64,000 nt of DNA, taken from positions 97,523-161,522 of the forward strand of contig BLMJ01000224.1 of assembly GCA_011960625.1 (NCBI GenBank), written 5' to 3'. Positions 48,474-57,614 of the stretch are shown here, piece after piece. The notes beneath the pieces were generated by a model. The model saw only the letters and a list, made by a program, of their open reading frames with translations, was not told the origin of the DNA and did no database searches. The position numbers and the translations under genes were made by a program. This DNA is from Lachnospiraceae bacterium (GTDB lineage: Bacteria; Bacillota; Clostridia; Lachnospirales; Lachnospiraceae). Within the stretch, counting starts at the first letter, position 1. Every line of letters starts with the position of its first letter.

Positions 48474-48503
48474 AAGCTGCTCCCTTCTCGTGATCATTCA
48501 TTT

Positions 48504-49325
48504 TTACCATATCTCATACTTAGCCCCACTCTCCAAGATTTCCTCATCCATATGGTAAATGGCGTCAATAATACGGTTCCGATATGTGGAATTTCCATCC
48601 CCCTGCTGCATACGCTCCCATGCAAGCTCTCCTGCCAGTCCCATTGCACACACAGCCGCTGCCGCTGCCTCAAGCTTATTCTCTGGATTTGCTGTTAGAA
48701 ACGCGGTCATCATACCAGATAGCTGACAACCTGTCCCTGTAATCTTTCCCATCTCTGCCCGTCCGTTTCGAATGACATAACAGGCTTCCCCGTCGCTTAC
48801 CAGATCAAGGGCTCCGGTGAGCGCCACCATACATCCCGCCTTCTTTGCAAAGGTTTTCGCAAATGTAACTGCAGCTTCCAGAGCCTCTTCTGTCACCGCA
48901 TCTGCAGCGTTTGCATCAACTCCTTTTGTGGTTTTACTTCCATTGGCTAAAGCCTTCATTTCGGAAATATTTCCTCGAATTACATCGAAGGAAATCTGCT
49001 CCATCAGCTGTATTGCCGTATCTGTCCTAAGGCGGCTTGCGCCTGCTCCTACTGGGTCCAGCAGCAGAATATGTCCAAGCGAAGCCGCCCTCCTTCCTGC
49101 CCGAAACATCCCTTCGATGCTCCTTTTGTTCAGTGTACCGATATTAATATTCAGCCCTCCGCAAATTGCTGTGATTTCCTCCGCCTCCTTTGGCTCATCG
49201 GACATAATCGGGCTTGCGCCGCAGGCAAGCAGGATATTGGCTACATCATTGACCGTCACATAATTGGTCATATTGTGTACCAGCGGTACGGTGTCCCTTA
49301 CATTTTTGATACAGTTTCCTACCAT
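48504..49325 (-). CDS. thiM: Hydroxyethylthiazole kinase
   Basis: 'PLVHNMTNYVTVNDVAN', 'NIGTL', 'LDPVGAGAS', 'ITGTGC'. Confidence 0.95.
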   Translation of the reverse strand: MVGNCIKNVRDTVPLVHNMTNYVTVNDVANILLACGASPIMSDEPKEAEEITAICGGLNINIGTLNKRSIEGMFRAGRRAASLGHILLLDPVGAGASRLRTDTAIQLMEQISFDVIRGNISEMKALANGSKTTKGVDANAADAVTEEALEAAVTFAKTFAKKAGCMVALTGALDLVSDGEACYVIRNGRAEMGKITGTGCQLSGMMTAFLTANPENKLEAAAAAVCAMGLAGELAWERMQQGDGNSTYRNRIIDAIYHMDEEILESGAKYEIW

Positions 49326-49407
49326 AGTTCTTCCTCCTGATAATCGTGTAGTCATTTCGTCCTTCTTTGTACGTTTCCAACATAGTTTCCAAGCACACGT
49401 TTACCAC

Positions 49408-49447
49408 AAAAAGGAAAAGCGAATACACCAGGTATTGGCATATCCGC
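49408..49447 (-). terminator. Expression-platform terminator of the TPP riboswitch
   Basis: GCGGATATGCCA-loop-TGGTGTATTCGC followed by TTTTCCTTTTT. Confidence 0.75.
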
Positions 49448-49459
49448 TAAATCTACGAA

Positions 49460-49558
49460 TCCTATGTCCCTACGTTGGCATTATCCAAATCAGGTTCATG
49501 GGTCGGGACAGTGTCAGTCCCCTCTCAGCCCGCTTCTGCAAGCTCCCCGTTGTCTATT
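49460..49558 (-). ncRNA. TPP riboswitch
   Basis: Minus strand GGGGAGC...GCTGAGAG...GACCC.TGAACCTGAT.TGGATAATGCCAACGTAGGGA, upstream of thiM. Confidence 0.96.
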
Positions 49559-49561
49559 CGG

Positions 49562-50038
49562 TTACTCTCTTATTATACATGAAAAATCTTCTTTTGCAAT
49601 GTCTATCTCTATTATATCATCAATCTTTATTCGTGTGCGGTCTGTAAAAATCAAACTTCCTTCGTACTGGTCTATCTTTTTCACACAGCCTTCCTTCGTC
49701 ACATAAGAACCTCCTGCCTTATAAGCATCCGGCACGAAATAAGTAATGGAGACAGCCGGCTTTAGACTCAACCGTTCCCATATCGTTCTAAGCTTCCCAT
49801 CCAGAAGCGCCTTGCATGCCTCGTCTAACTCAAGCCTCTCCGCTGTAAGCCTTGCCGTCTCTCTCACAGCCTCGCCGTGTCCGTTCAAGGCTTGAAAGGG
49901 TGCAAACTGCGCGGCCCGATCCTGTACCGGCATAGGCGCGTGTGTCTTAGATACATGATGAGGAAGGGAAATCATGTCCTGATACTTATCTATCCCTTGA
50001 TTGCTTAAAAACTTCCTGTCCTCCTTCGTCCCCCTCAT
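49562..50038 (-). CDS. YolD-like protein (Y-polymerase accessory)
   Basis: 'Y.DMI.LPHHVS..H.PM...DRAAQFAPF.AL.G'. Overlaps the polymerase stop. Confidence 0.85.
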   Translation of the reverse strand: MRGTKEDRKFLSNQGIDKYQDMISLPHHVSKTHAPMPVQDRAAQFAPFQALNGHGEAVRETARLTAERLELDEACKALLDGKLRTIWERLSLKPAVSITYFVPDAYKAGGSYVTKEGCVKKIDQYEGSLIFTDRTRIKIDDIIEIDIAKEDFSCIIRE

Positions 50039-51564
50039 GCCCGATGTCCTCCAATCTGCCTATTCCGCTCCATGGCCGTAGCTCCCTCTAACAGATTCAT
50101 TCCTTTCAAAACCGCATTCTTTCCATATCTCTTCTTAATGTCCAGTACGGCCTGCTGCAGGCTCCTCTCCCGCCGCATTTTTGCCGCCTCTGCCTCCCGT
50201 TCTTTAGAAAGAGCGGCATAATCCGTAAACAAGTCAAGCTGTTCAAACACAGGCTCATTTTCCACAGTACTTTCATCCGCTACATGATTGGCGCCTATGG
50301 CTATCCTTCTGACGAGAAAATCTTTGCGGATAATATCGTCATACAGCCGAAGAACTGCATCCACAATCACCTTTCCAGAGGACGTCTGCTTCTTAAGCTT
50401 CACGGTTCCGTGGGCGTGTTTCGGAACACTCCGTCCATAGCGGTCTGTCCTTATCTCTCCTCTATAGGACTTTCTAAATTCCGGCGCCGTCAAATTCTCC
50501 CGGTCATATCCTACGGTCAGCACCATCTGATCCGTTACCAGACGCTTATCTACCAGCTCTAACGCCAGAGCTTCCGCCATCTCCCGAACCACCAGCCTCG
50601 CCTTCTGTGCCGTATAGGGACAATGTAAGACCTGCCCTGAACCAATACTGTTGACGCTGGGCTTATACGTCTTGATGTCCTCCATCGTACAGGGCTCCCA
50701 CCCCCACGCATGGTCGATCAGAAGCTCTGCATTTACCCCGAATAGTTTGTAAAGCAGGTCTTCGTTATGGTATTCTCCCGGCTTTCCAATAGAGCATCTG
50801 GCCACATCTCCCATGGTGTACATACCGTACTCTTTCAGTTTCTTCGCATACCCCTGGCCCACGCGCCAAAAATCTGTAATCGGCTGGTGTGCCCACAGAA
50901 TCCGGCGATAGCTCTTCTCTGTCAGGTTTGCGATACGCACGCCGTTCTTATCGGGCGGGATATGCTTTGCCACAATGTCCATGGCAACCTTGCACAGATA
51001 CAGGTTGGTTCCAATTCCCGCTGTCGCGGTGATTCCCGTCGCCGAATAAATATCCTGGATAATCTTGCCTGCTAACTCACGCGCCGATAGGCCATAGGTG
51101 TTCAGATAGTGGGTAACATCCATCATAATCTCGTCAATCGAATATACATGACAGTCCTCCGGCGCTACGTATTTCAGATAAATCTCATAGATTCTGGTGC
51201 TGTAATCAATATAATATGCCATCCTTGGCGGCGCAACGATGTAGTCAAGAGCCTTATCCGGCGATGCCTTCAGCTCTATATCATCGTAAGAGACGCCTGT
51301 AAACTGCCCCCTAAGCGCCATACTCTGTCTCTTGGCATTAACCTCCCTCACCCGCTCTATCACTTCGAACAGCCTTGCTCTTCCTGAGATTCCATAGGCT
51401 TTCAGGGAGGGTGATACCGCCAGGCAGATCGTCTTCTTTGTACGGCTTAGGTCCGCAACTACGAGATTCGTGGTCATGGGATCCAGGCCGCGCTCGACAC
51501 ATTCTACGGAAGCGTAGAAAGACTTGAGATCGATTGCAATATAGGTATGATCATTCCCTGCCAT
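50035..51564 (-). CDS. Y-family error-prone DNA polymerase (UmuC/ImpB/MucB/SamB-like)
   Basis: 'IDLKSFYASVEC', catalytic 'YSIDE', 'GIGTNLYLCKVAMD', C-terminal 'RN.QIGGH'. Confidence 0.92.
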   Translation of the reverse strand: MAGNDHTYIAIDLKSFYASVECVERGLDPMTTNLVVADLSRTKKTICLAVSPSLKAYGISGRARLFEVIERVREVNAKRQSMALRGQFTGVSYDDIELKASPDKALDYIVAPPRMAYYIDYSTRIYEIYLKYVAPEDCHVYSIDEIMMDVTHYLNTYGLSARELAGKIIQDIYSATGITATAGIGTNLYLCKVAMDIVAKHIPPDKNGVRIANLTEKSYRRILWAHQPITDFWRVGQGYAKKLKEYGMYTMGDVARCSIGKPGEYHNEDLLYKLFGVNAELLIDHAWGWEPCTMEDIKTYKPSVNSIGSGQVLHCPYTAQKARLVVREMAEALALELVDKRLVTDQMVLTVGYDRENLTAPEFRKSYRGEIRTDRYGRSVPKHAHGTVKLKKQTSSGKVIVDAVLRLYDDIIRKDFLVRRIAIGANHVADESTVENEPVFEQLDLFTDYAALSKEREAEAAKMRRERSLQQAVLDIKKRYGKNAVLKGMNLLEGATAMERNRQIGGHRA

Positions 51565-51587
51565 ATTTATCACCTCTTTACATGCAA

Positions 51588-51641
51588 AAAACAAACGTAA
51601 GTTCTTTTTTTGATTATAACAGAACTTACGTTTGTTTTCAA
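51588..51641 (-). promoter_or_regulatory. sigma-A promoter bracketed by two LexA (SOS) boxes
   Basis: TTGAAA (51641-51636), 17 bp, TGt-TATAAT (51618-51613). AGAACTTACGTTTG (GAAC-N4-GTTY) lies at 51621-51634 and, inverted, at 51592-51605. Confidence 0.85.
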
Positions 51642-51669
51642 CTGTAAAAAATCTCCTTTTTCAAGCTTC

Positions 51670-52728
51670 CTATTCTGAAATTCTATGAGAGTACACGCTA
51701 AATCTTTCTATATCTACTTCATAAATATGAGTAAGACTAGCCCTTGGTTTCCATCCAAGCTTTTCTAATTTACTGTTATCCTGCAACAAGGCTCTATATG
51801 GTAAAAAACCATCTGACTGCACGTGTTTTTCCTTAGCAAAAACAATCTTTAAATTTTGATTGAAGGTTTTAAATAAATAATTTGCCAAATCTTTTACTGT
51901 AATAAATGTTTCCACATTTGTTGCATTATAAGCGTTACCCTTTTCCCCCTTAAACAAAACCGTTAAAATTGCTGCAATTGCGTCAAGCGAATAAATCATA
52001 CATTTCTTCGTCAGACCATCTGATTTCATCACTAAATCTTTATCTTCTATGATACATCTAAGTAACTCGTTTACTACCCTAGGTTCTTCATATCGTTGAA
52101 ACAACCCTTGGATTACCGTTGGTCGAATAATTTTAACATCTGTTCCGTATTCCATGGCCGCTGCATAGCACAAGAACTCCGAAGCCTTTTTCCCTAAAGG
52201 ATAACAACTTCTTAAATTCAAACTGTCAATCGCACCTACCATATCTTCTGCCATTGCTGGTGAAGCATCTGTCGGCAGGCCATATACTTCCTCTGATGAT
52301 AAATATATCATACTGCAATTTTTGTTTCGCTCTGAAAGCTCCAACAGCTTTTCCATTCCATCAACATTAGTTCTAAATGTTTCCACGGGATGCGCCATAT
52401 GATATTTATTACCTGTCGGAGATGCCGCATGGACAATATAATCTATATCTACATTAATTTCCTGTTCACATCCATACTTACAATACTTAATATTATCTGT
52501 CCTTTCAATATATTCCGGAATTTCATTCGGCGTTCGCGTAGAACCTATAATATGTATGTTGGACCCATTCAATTCATTCTGTAATAACAACCACTTAATT
52601 AGCCCTGTTCCTACTAAACCTTTCGCGCCTGTTATTAAAATCGTCTTATCTTTTAAATATGAATCAAATTCATGATATATGGCTATATATTTCGATATTT
52701 CTCTTTTTTCAATCTCCGTGTATTTCAT
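51670..52728 (-). CDS. Extended SDR NAD-dependent epimerase/dehydratase/reductase
   Basis: 'ITGAKGLVG', 'HAASP', 'YLSSEEVYG', YxxxK 'YPLGKK'. Confidence 0.9.
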   Translation of the reverse strand: MKYTEIEKREISKYIAIYHEFDSYLKDKTILITGAKGLVGTGLIKWLLLQNELNGSNIHIIGSTRTPNEIPEYIERTDNIKYCKYGCEQEINVDIDYIVHAASPTGNKYHMAHPVETFRTNVDGMEKLLELSERNKNCSMIYLSSEEVYGLPTDASPAMAEDMVGAIDSLNLRSCYPLGKKASEFLCYAAAMEYGTDVKIIRPTVIQGLFQRYEEPRVVNELLRCIIEDKDLVMKSDGLTKKCMIYSLDAIAAILTVLFKGEKGNAYNATNVETFITVKDLANYLFKTFNQNLKIVFAKEKHVQSDGFLPYRALLQDNSKLEKLGWKPRASLTHIYEVDIERFSVYSHRISE

Positions 52729-52744
52729 ACCTATACTCCACCTT

Positions 52745-54496
52745 TTACAAAAGCATCATTACTTCATTGACAATTTTCTCTGGTGTCAGTTTATTTTGTT
52801 TCATCAATTCTATTGGAACATATTTTTTGGGAATGTCCATAGAGAAGCCATAATTAATAACTTTTACATTTTTAAGTGAAAAGAACTGTGAAATTTTTGA
52901 GCCAAATCCTCCGCTAACAATACCATCTTCTAACGTAATAACTAAATCATGCTCCTTTTCAAGATCGTTCAGCGTTTCTTCGTCAATACCAGTAATAAAT
53001 CTCGGATTAATGAGAGTCGCTTGAATATCCATACGATTCTTGCACTCCTTTACAACTTGTTCACCCAGATAGTAGAAACTTCCTAATGCAAGAACAGCTA
53101 ACTTCTTTCCACTGATTGTTACTTTATATTTTGTTTGGCTATAGTCGAGGCTTACTTCGTCTTTTGTCTCATAAACGCTCGTCCATGGTACTCGGATAGC
53201 AACAGGAAACCTTGTCTGCTCTATGCTCCAATTCAACATAGCAAGATATTCCTGTTTATTCGTCGGCGCAAGGTATACGAGATGCGGAATATTTCCCAGC
53301 AAAGCAATATCAAATAAACCGGCATGAGTATCATTTGCATGACCAAATACAGATGCATGAGTTACCAGCATAGTAACCGGATTTTCACCAATACACATTT
53401 CCTGTTCAATCTGATCATATGCTCTCTGATAAAATGTGCTATTAGTCGCAAATACAGGTTTCCCACCTCGCTTTGCAATTCCTGTTGCTACAGAAATTGC
53501 ATTCTGTTCTGCTATACCTACATCAACAAATTGTTTTCCTGCTCTTTTTCGTTTTTCTTCATGAAAACCAATACATAACGGCGTTGAAGCCGCCACAACA
53601 ATAATGTCTGAGTCTCTCTGCATTTTATCAATTAAAAATTCACTTACTATCGCGCCATAATTTTCATCTGGTACCTTACATAGAAACTCCCCCGTACTTA
53701 TGTTAAAAGGACGCGCCCAATGCCATTGTTCTCTATTGACCTCCGCAAATTTATATCCCCTGCCTTTCTGCGTACAAACATGTACAACCACAGGATTTTT
53801 TGTTCCCTTGACTCTGTTTAATGCCTTTATAATATCAGGAATACTATGTCCATTGCGTACAAATATGTATTCAAACCCTAATGCCTTGAAATAATTATCC
53901 GTGATTTCACCATGATTATCTCTAAGCTCATTTAATTTTTTATTTAATATTCCATGATTTTCAGGAATAGACATATCGTTATCATTAAGAACAACAATTA
54001 GTCCGCTGTCCATTTCTCCGGCAAAATTAAGCGCTTCAAAAGCCTGCCCACCGTCCAATGACGCATCTCCAATAACAGCAATTACATTCTCTTTATCTCC
54101 CTTTAAATCCCTTGTTAACGCCATTCCACATGCTAAACTAATAGATGTAGATGTATGTCCAATAGGAAAAAGGTCATATTCGCTTTCTTTTGGATTACTA
54201 TACCCAGAAATCGTGTTATATTTTTCTTCATACACAAATGCGTCTTTTCTTCCTGTCAGAATTTTATGACAATATGTTTGATGGGATACATCAAATATAA
54301 TCTTATCTTGAGGCGCGTCAAATACGTAATGTAAGCCAATCGTTAACTCTATTACACCTAGATTTGACGCCAAATGACCGCCGCATACACTCATCTTTTG
54401 AATAAGAGCCAATCGGATTTCTCCGGCAAGCTCTGTACAATTTTCAATACTTAACTTTTTTAGATCGTCCGGACAATTAATCTTTTCAAGATACAT
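52745..54496 (-). CDS. DXS-like ThDP-dependent carboligase (short, non-canonical 1-deoxy-D-xylulose-5-phosphate synthase paralogue)
   Basis: 'GGHLASNLG', 'FDVSHQ.Y.HKILTGR', 'GHTSTSIS', ThDP motif 'GDASL..NDN', 'DVGIAEQ'. Confidence 0.88.
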   Translation of the reverse strand: MYLEKINCPDDLKKLSIENCTELAGEIRLALIQKMSVCGGHLASNLGVIELTIGLHYVFDAPQDKIIFDVSHQTYCHKILTGRKDAFVYEEKYNTISGYSNPKESEYDLFPIGHTSTSISLACGMALTRDLKGDKENVIAVIGDASLDGGQAFEALNFAGEMDSGLIVVLNDNDMSIPENHGILNKKLNELRDNHGEITDNYFKALGFEYIFVRNGHSIPDIIKALNRVKGTKNPVVVHVCTQKGRGYKFAEVNREQWHWARPFNISTGEFLCKVPDENYGAIVSEFLIDKMQRDSDIIVVAASTPLCIGFHEEKRKRAGKQFVDVGIAEQNAISVATGIAKRGGKPVFATNSTFYQRAYDQIEQEMCIGENPVTMLVTHASVFGHANDTHAGLFDIALLGNIPHLVYLAPTNKQEYLAMLNWSIEQTRFPVAIRVPWTSVYETKDEVSLDYSQTKYKVTISGKKLAVLALGSFYYLGEQVVKECKNRMDIQATLINPRFITGIDEETLNDLEKEHDLVITLEDGIVSGGFGSKISQFFSLKNVKVINYGFSMDIPKKYVPIELMKQNKLTPEKIVNEVMMLL

Positions 54497-54518
54497 ATCA
54501 TAACTCTCCTTTTCATTT

Positions 54519-55004
54519 TTATTTCCAATCTGGATTTAAAATTGGCGTCAATTGTATCACTTTGCCCTTTTCGATATCTTTAACCTGCTGTACTCTCGCC
54601 GCCTGATGTTTTAAGCCGCTAAATTCGGTCTCTACAAAAATATCAAATCTTCTCTCAACCTCTTCATATTCCATATGTTTCTGTCCAAAGGCAATCACAT
54701 TAGCATTATTGTGTTCGCGCATAAGTTTTGTGACCTCATCGTCGTATCCCATCCCACACATAACACCCTTTACCTTATTTGCCGCAATTACCATTCCTGT
54801 ACCGGTTGCACAGATTAATACTCCGTATTTGCATCTACCGGAAGCAACTTCCCTACCGACCAATACAGCATAATAGGGACTGTCGCATGGCACATATTCA
54901 TATGTACCAACATCACAGATATCCAAACCTTTCGTTTTTGCATATTCAATCAATTTCGTTTTATAATAAAGTCCGTTTCTGTCACATCCAAATGCTATTT
55001 TCAT
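54519..55004 (-). CDS. RpiB/LacAB family sugar-phosphate isomerase
   Basis: 'IAFGCD', 'LICATGTG', 'ANKVKG', 'REHNNANV'. Confidence 0.88.
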   Translation of the reverse strand: MKIAFGCDRNGLYYKTKLIEYAKTKGLDICDVGTYEYVPCDSPYYAVLVGREVASGRCKYGVLICATGTGMVIAANKVKGVMCGMGYDDEVTKLMREHNNANVIAFGQKHMEYEEVERRFDIFVETEFSGLKHQAARVQQVKDIEKGKVIQLTPILNPDWK

Positions 55005-55013
55005 AGAATCATC

Positions 55014-55736
55014 TCACTTTCTTAACCACTCTGGCCTTGTTGCTTGCAAGAGAGCTGAGAAGATTTCAATATCTTCTGATGTTGTCAGCTTAATATTTTT
55101 TTCTGAACCATGAGACAGATATAGCTCTCTGCCCAATTCAACGTATAACGAACAAGATGCGATAGAATCATTAATTCCTTTTTCCATTGCTTCCTGATGT
55201 ACTTCAAGAATTTCCTTTAAAAAAAATGTCTGCGGAGTCTGGGTAATCTTTAGATTATCCCGGGGAATCTGAGCATCTGATATAAGGGAATCATAGGTTT
55301 TGAGCATAACAGCCGTACATGGAATCACTGTGATCGCATTTCCATATTCTCTGCAAACACGAATATTATCTGAAATAATTTCCTGACTTACCAGAGGCCG
55401 GATTGCATCATGTATCAGTACTATATCGTCGTCATCATGATACCTTTCAGCAACATCGTATAAACCATTACGGATTGACTGTAAACCGGTTGTCCCTCCA
55501 TCTACAATGCTTTCCAGCTTTGTTATTCCAAACTGTTTCGCATATGCCCTTAAAATATCATGCCATCCATATAAGCAAACCACTTCTATTGCATCAATAT
55601 TTGGATGTTGCTGAAACACTTCCATTGTATATACAATGACTGGCTTATCACGCACGTTGATAAATTGTTTGGGAATGTCTTGATGCATTCTCGTGCCAAT
55701 TCCTCCCGCAATTATTAATGCTATATTTTTTCCCAT
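55014..55736 (-). CDS. IspD/TarI family cytidylyltransferase
   Basis: 'AGGIGTRM...PKQF', 'IHDAIRP', 'QTPQ', 'NIKLTT..D'. Confidence 0.92.
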   Translation of the reverse strand: MGKNIALIIAGGIGTRMHQDIPKQFINVRDKPVIVYTMEVFQQHPNIDAIEVVCLYGWHDILRAYAKQFGITKLESIVDGGTTGLQSIRNGLYDVAERYHDDDDIVLIHDAIRPLVSQEIISDNIRVCREYGNAITVIPCTAVMLKTYDSLISDAQIPRDNLKITQTPQTFFLKEILEVHQEAMEKGINDSIASCSLYVELGRELYLSHGSEKNIKLTTSEDIEIFSALLQATRPEWLRK

Positions 55737-55752
55737 AAAATTTCTCCTTTTC

Positions 55753-56538
55753 TCATTTGATGTACTTCATTGTAAGTCCATGATTGACTCGTTCAGCTTC
55801 CGGAGGCAATTGCATATAATTACCGTACGAAAGCCGCAAGATTAGGTCGTAACTGCCAAACATCATATATTTTTCACCTTCAAACAAAACATAGGTATAT
55901 CCATCTGCAACTTGTGCCGGATATATATATTTATCACTAAGAGGCCACACAAATGAACCAATACACTTCTTGTCTCCTTCAGATGGTTTCGTGCTCAAAA
56001 AATGTTTTAATACTTTCCAATCCTTCTTATTAACATTCTTTCGAATCGACAAATATATATTTCTTCCAAAAGCCTTTAACCGGCTTGAATCTTTGGCCAC
56101 AAATCGTAAAAGTTCTTTCACGGCATGAACTCTCTTTTTTGTCTCTTCCTTACTTCTTTCTTCTTTTGTGTCACAATAATCTAACGGAAATATATCTACC
56201 CAAACTCCTAATGGGAACATCTCGTTAATCCGTTCTTCACAGACCAATGTTTGAGTATTTATAACTTTAATAAATGGATAAAAATAGTCATTACATTCTG
56301 GCAGCATAACTCTATATTCATCTATAAAGTAATTCTGTTTTTTCACACATATAATAAACTTTTCATACTCTTGCCTTATCATAGCAAGATCAATATCATC
56401 GTCCCATGGAATAAATCCTTGATGCCTCACCGCCCCTATCATTGTTCCGCCAATTAAAGAATATTTAATATTATTTTTTTCACAAAATTTACTGATTGCT
56501 TTTAGAATCTCTAATTCACATTTTTGTATTTTATTCAT
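55753..56538 (-). CDS. LicD family phosphotransferase
   Basis: 'GGTMIGAVRHQGFIPWDDDIDLAM', 'VDIFPLD', 'YGNYMQLPP'. Confidence 0.93.
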   Translation of the reverse strand: MNKIQKCELEILKAISKFCEKNNIKYSLIGGTMIGAVRHQGFIPWDDDIDLAMIRQEYEKFIICVKKQNYFIDEYRVMLPECNDYFYPFIKVINTQTLVCEERINEMFPLGVWVDIFPLDYCDTKEERSKEETKKRVHAVKELLRFVAKDSSRLKAFGRNIYLSIRKNVNKKDWKVLKHFLSTKPSEGDKKCIGSFVWPLSDKYIYPAQVADGYTYVLFEGEKYMMFGSYDLILRLSYGNYMQLPPEAERVNHGLTMKYIK

Positions 56539-56603
56539 ATATACTTTCTCTTTCTAAATTTTTAATATATTTACAATTATCATGCAATATATCAAAAGCC
56601 GCC

Positions 56604-57561
56604 CTATATGTCTTTTCCTTTAAATAAATATCCATATACAGTTTCTCTGCCTTTCGCATCTTTCTCTGTATACTGCTTTCTCCACTGTAAACGTAAGAAA
56701 TCATTCTCAGTCATGATTCTTTTAATGTCTGTATACTCATCCTTCGGCTCATTCAGGTGTCTTTCCGTCTCATAAAATGCTGGATTGGTAACTGGCAGGG
56801 AGTCTACCGCCATCTTAAATTCGTCAATATGCCTATATGCAAGTTCTGTAAGATAATCAATCAAGAAATAATCTATCTGTACGTCATGGTTACTCCAATA
56901 TAGGTTGAACACTTCAGCCACAAACCCTGTAACCCCCCCCCCCTGCCTGTGCAGCAAATAAACTCCCGCACCATCTGGAGTCTGTGATATTGGCTTCTCC
57001 ATGTTTTTCAACTTTTCTCGACCAGTAATAAACATTAAATATTTTATCATCCAGCCAATTAATCGGAAAAACGCCTCCATCCAACCAAAGTCCTCCATAT
57101 CTATACAAAAGCTTCATTCTGACAAGATCAGAAAAATGTGTAAAGGTTATCGTTCCATTTTCAACTTTATCATAGATATATTCTGGAAACTCTATATAAT
57201 CATGAATATTATCTTTCGTAATAACGACAACTTTCTTTACACCAGAAAATCTTTCCATGTTTCGTATACAATGTTTCACACCATCTGGAGCGTCCTCCAT
57301 CCCCTGCCACCAAAAAGTCCAAACCGTATCTCCAGAAACCTTCTCTGACATAACGTGATTCCATTGCTCCGCCAAATTCCCATACTCTTTTTCCAAAATA
57401 CTCATGATTTTTTTATTATGTATATTAAATAACCTTCTGGCAATTTTATTGTTATGTCTTGTATATGGATATATAATTAAAATAATTTTTATTAAAACCA
57501 ATCCCATCCCAAACTCTGAATATAATTTTTTCAATTTTTCTAAATTATACTTAACATCCAT
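56604..57561 (-). pseudogene. Capsular polysaccharide synthesis protein (Caps_synth/GT32-like glycosyltransferase) frameshifted in a G11 tract
   Basis: 5' part has 'WTFWWQG..AP', 'HFSDLVR..LL..YGGLWLD'; 3' part 'YW...IDYFL.DY' is in another frame. The shift falls at C11 56933-56943 (G11 on the coding strand). Confidence 0.85.
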
Positions 57562-57614
57562 CTATTATTTCTCCCTGTTGTTACGTCAGCAGCTAATATG
57601 CTTCAGTAACATCA

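Noticed and set aside
49562-51564. Y-polymerase/YolD pair as a novel system or as a prophage/ICE marker
   Set aside because: A known SOS mutagenesis cassette type in Firmicutes; no integrase, relaxase or phage genes nearby.
47040-54496. Thiamine salvage operon supplying ThDP specifically for the DXS-like enzyme
   Set aside because: Separate promoters, different base composition and an intervening SOS cassette; proximity is probably coincidental.
52745-55736. DXS + IspD as a housekeeping MEP isoprenoid operon
   Set aside because: No dxr, ispE or ispF; the genes sit with licD/wzx in an AT-rich glycan locus and the acceptor-binding residues are altered.
56944-57098. Independent 164-aa gene starting at 57098
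   Set aside because: Its 5' part is an off-frame reading of the Caps_synth gene; only the portion after the G tract is genuine coding sequence.
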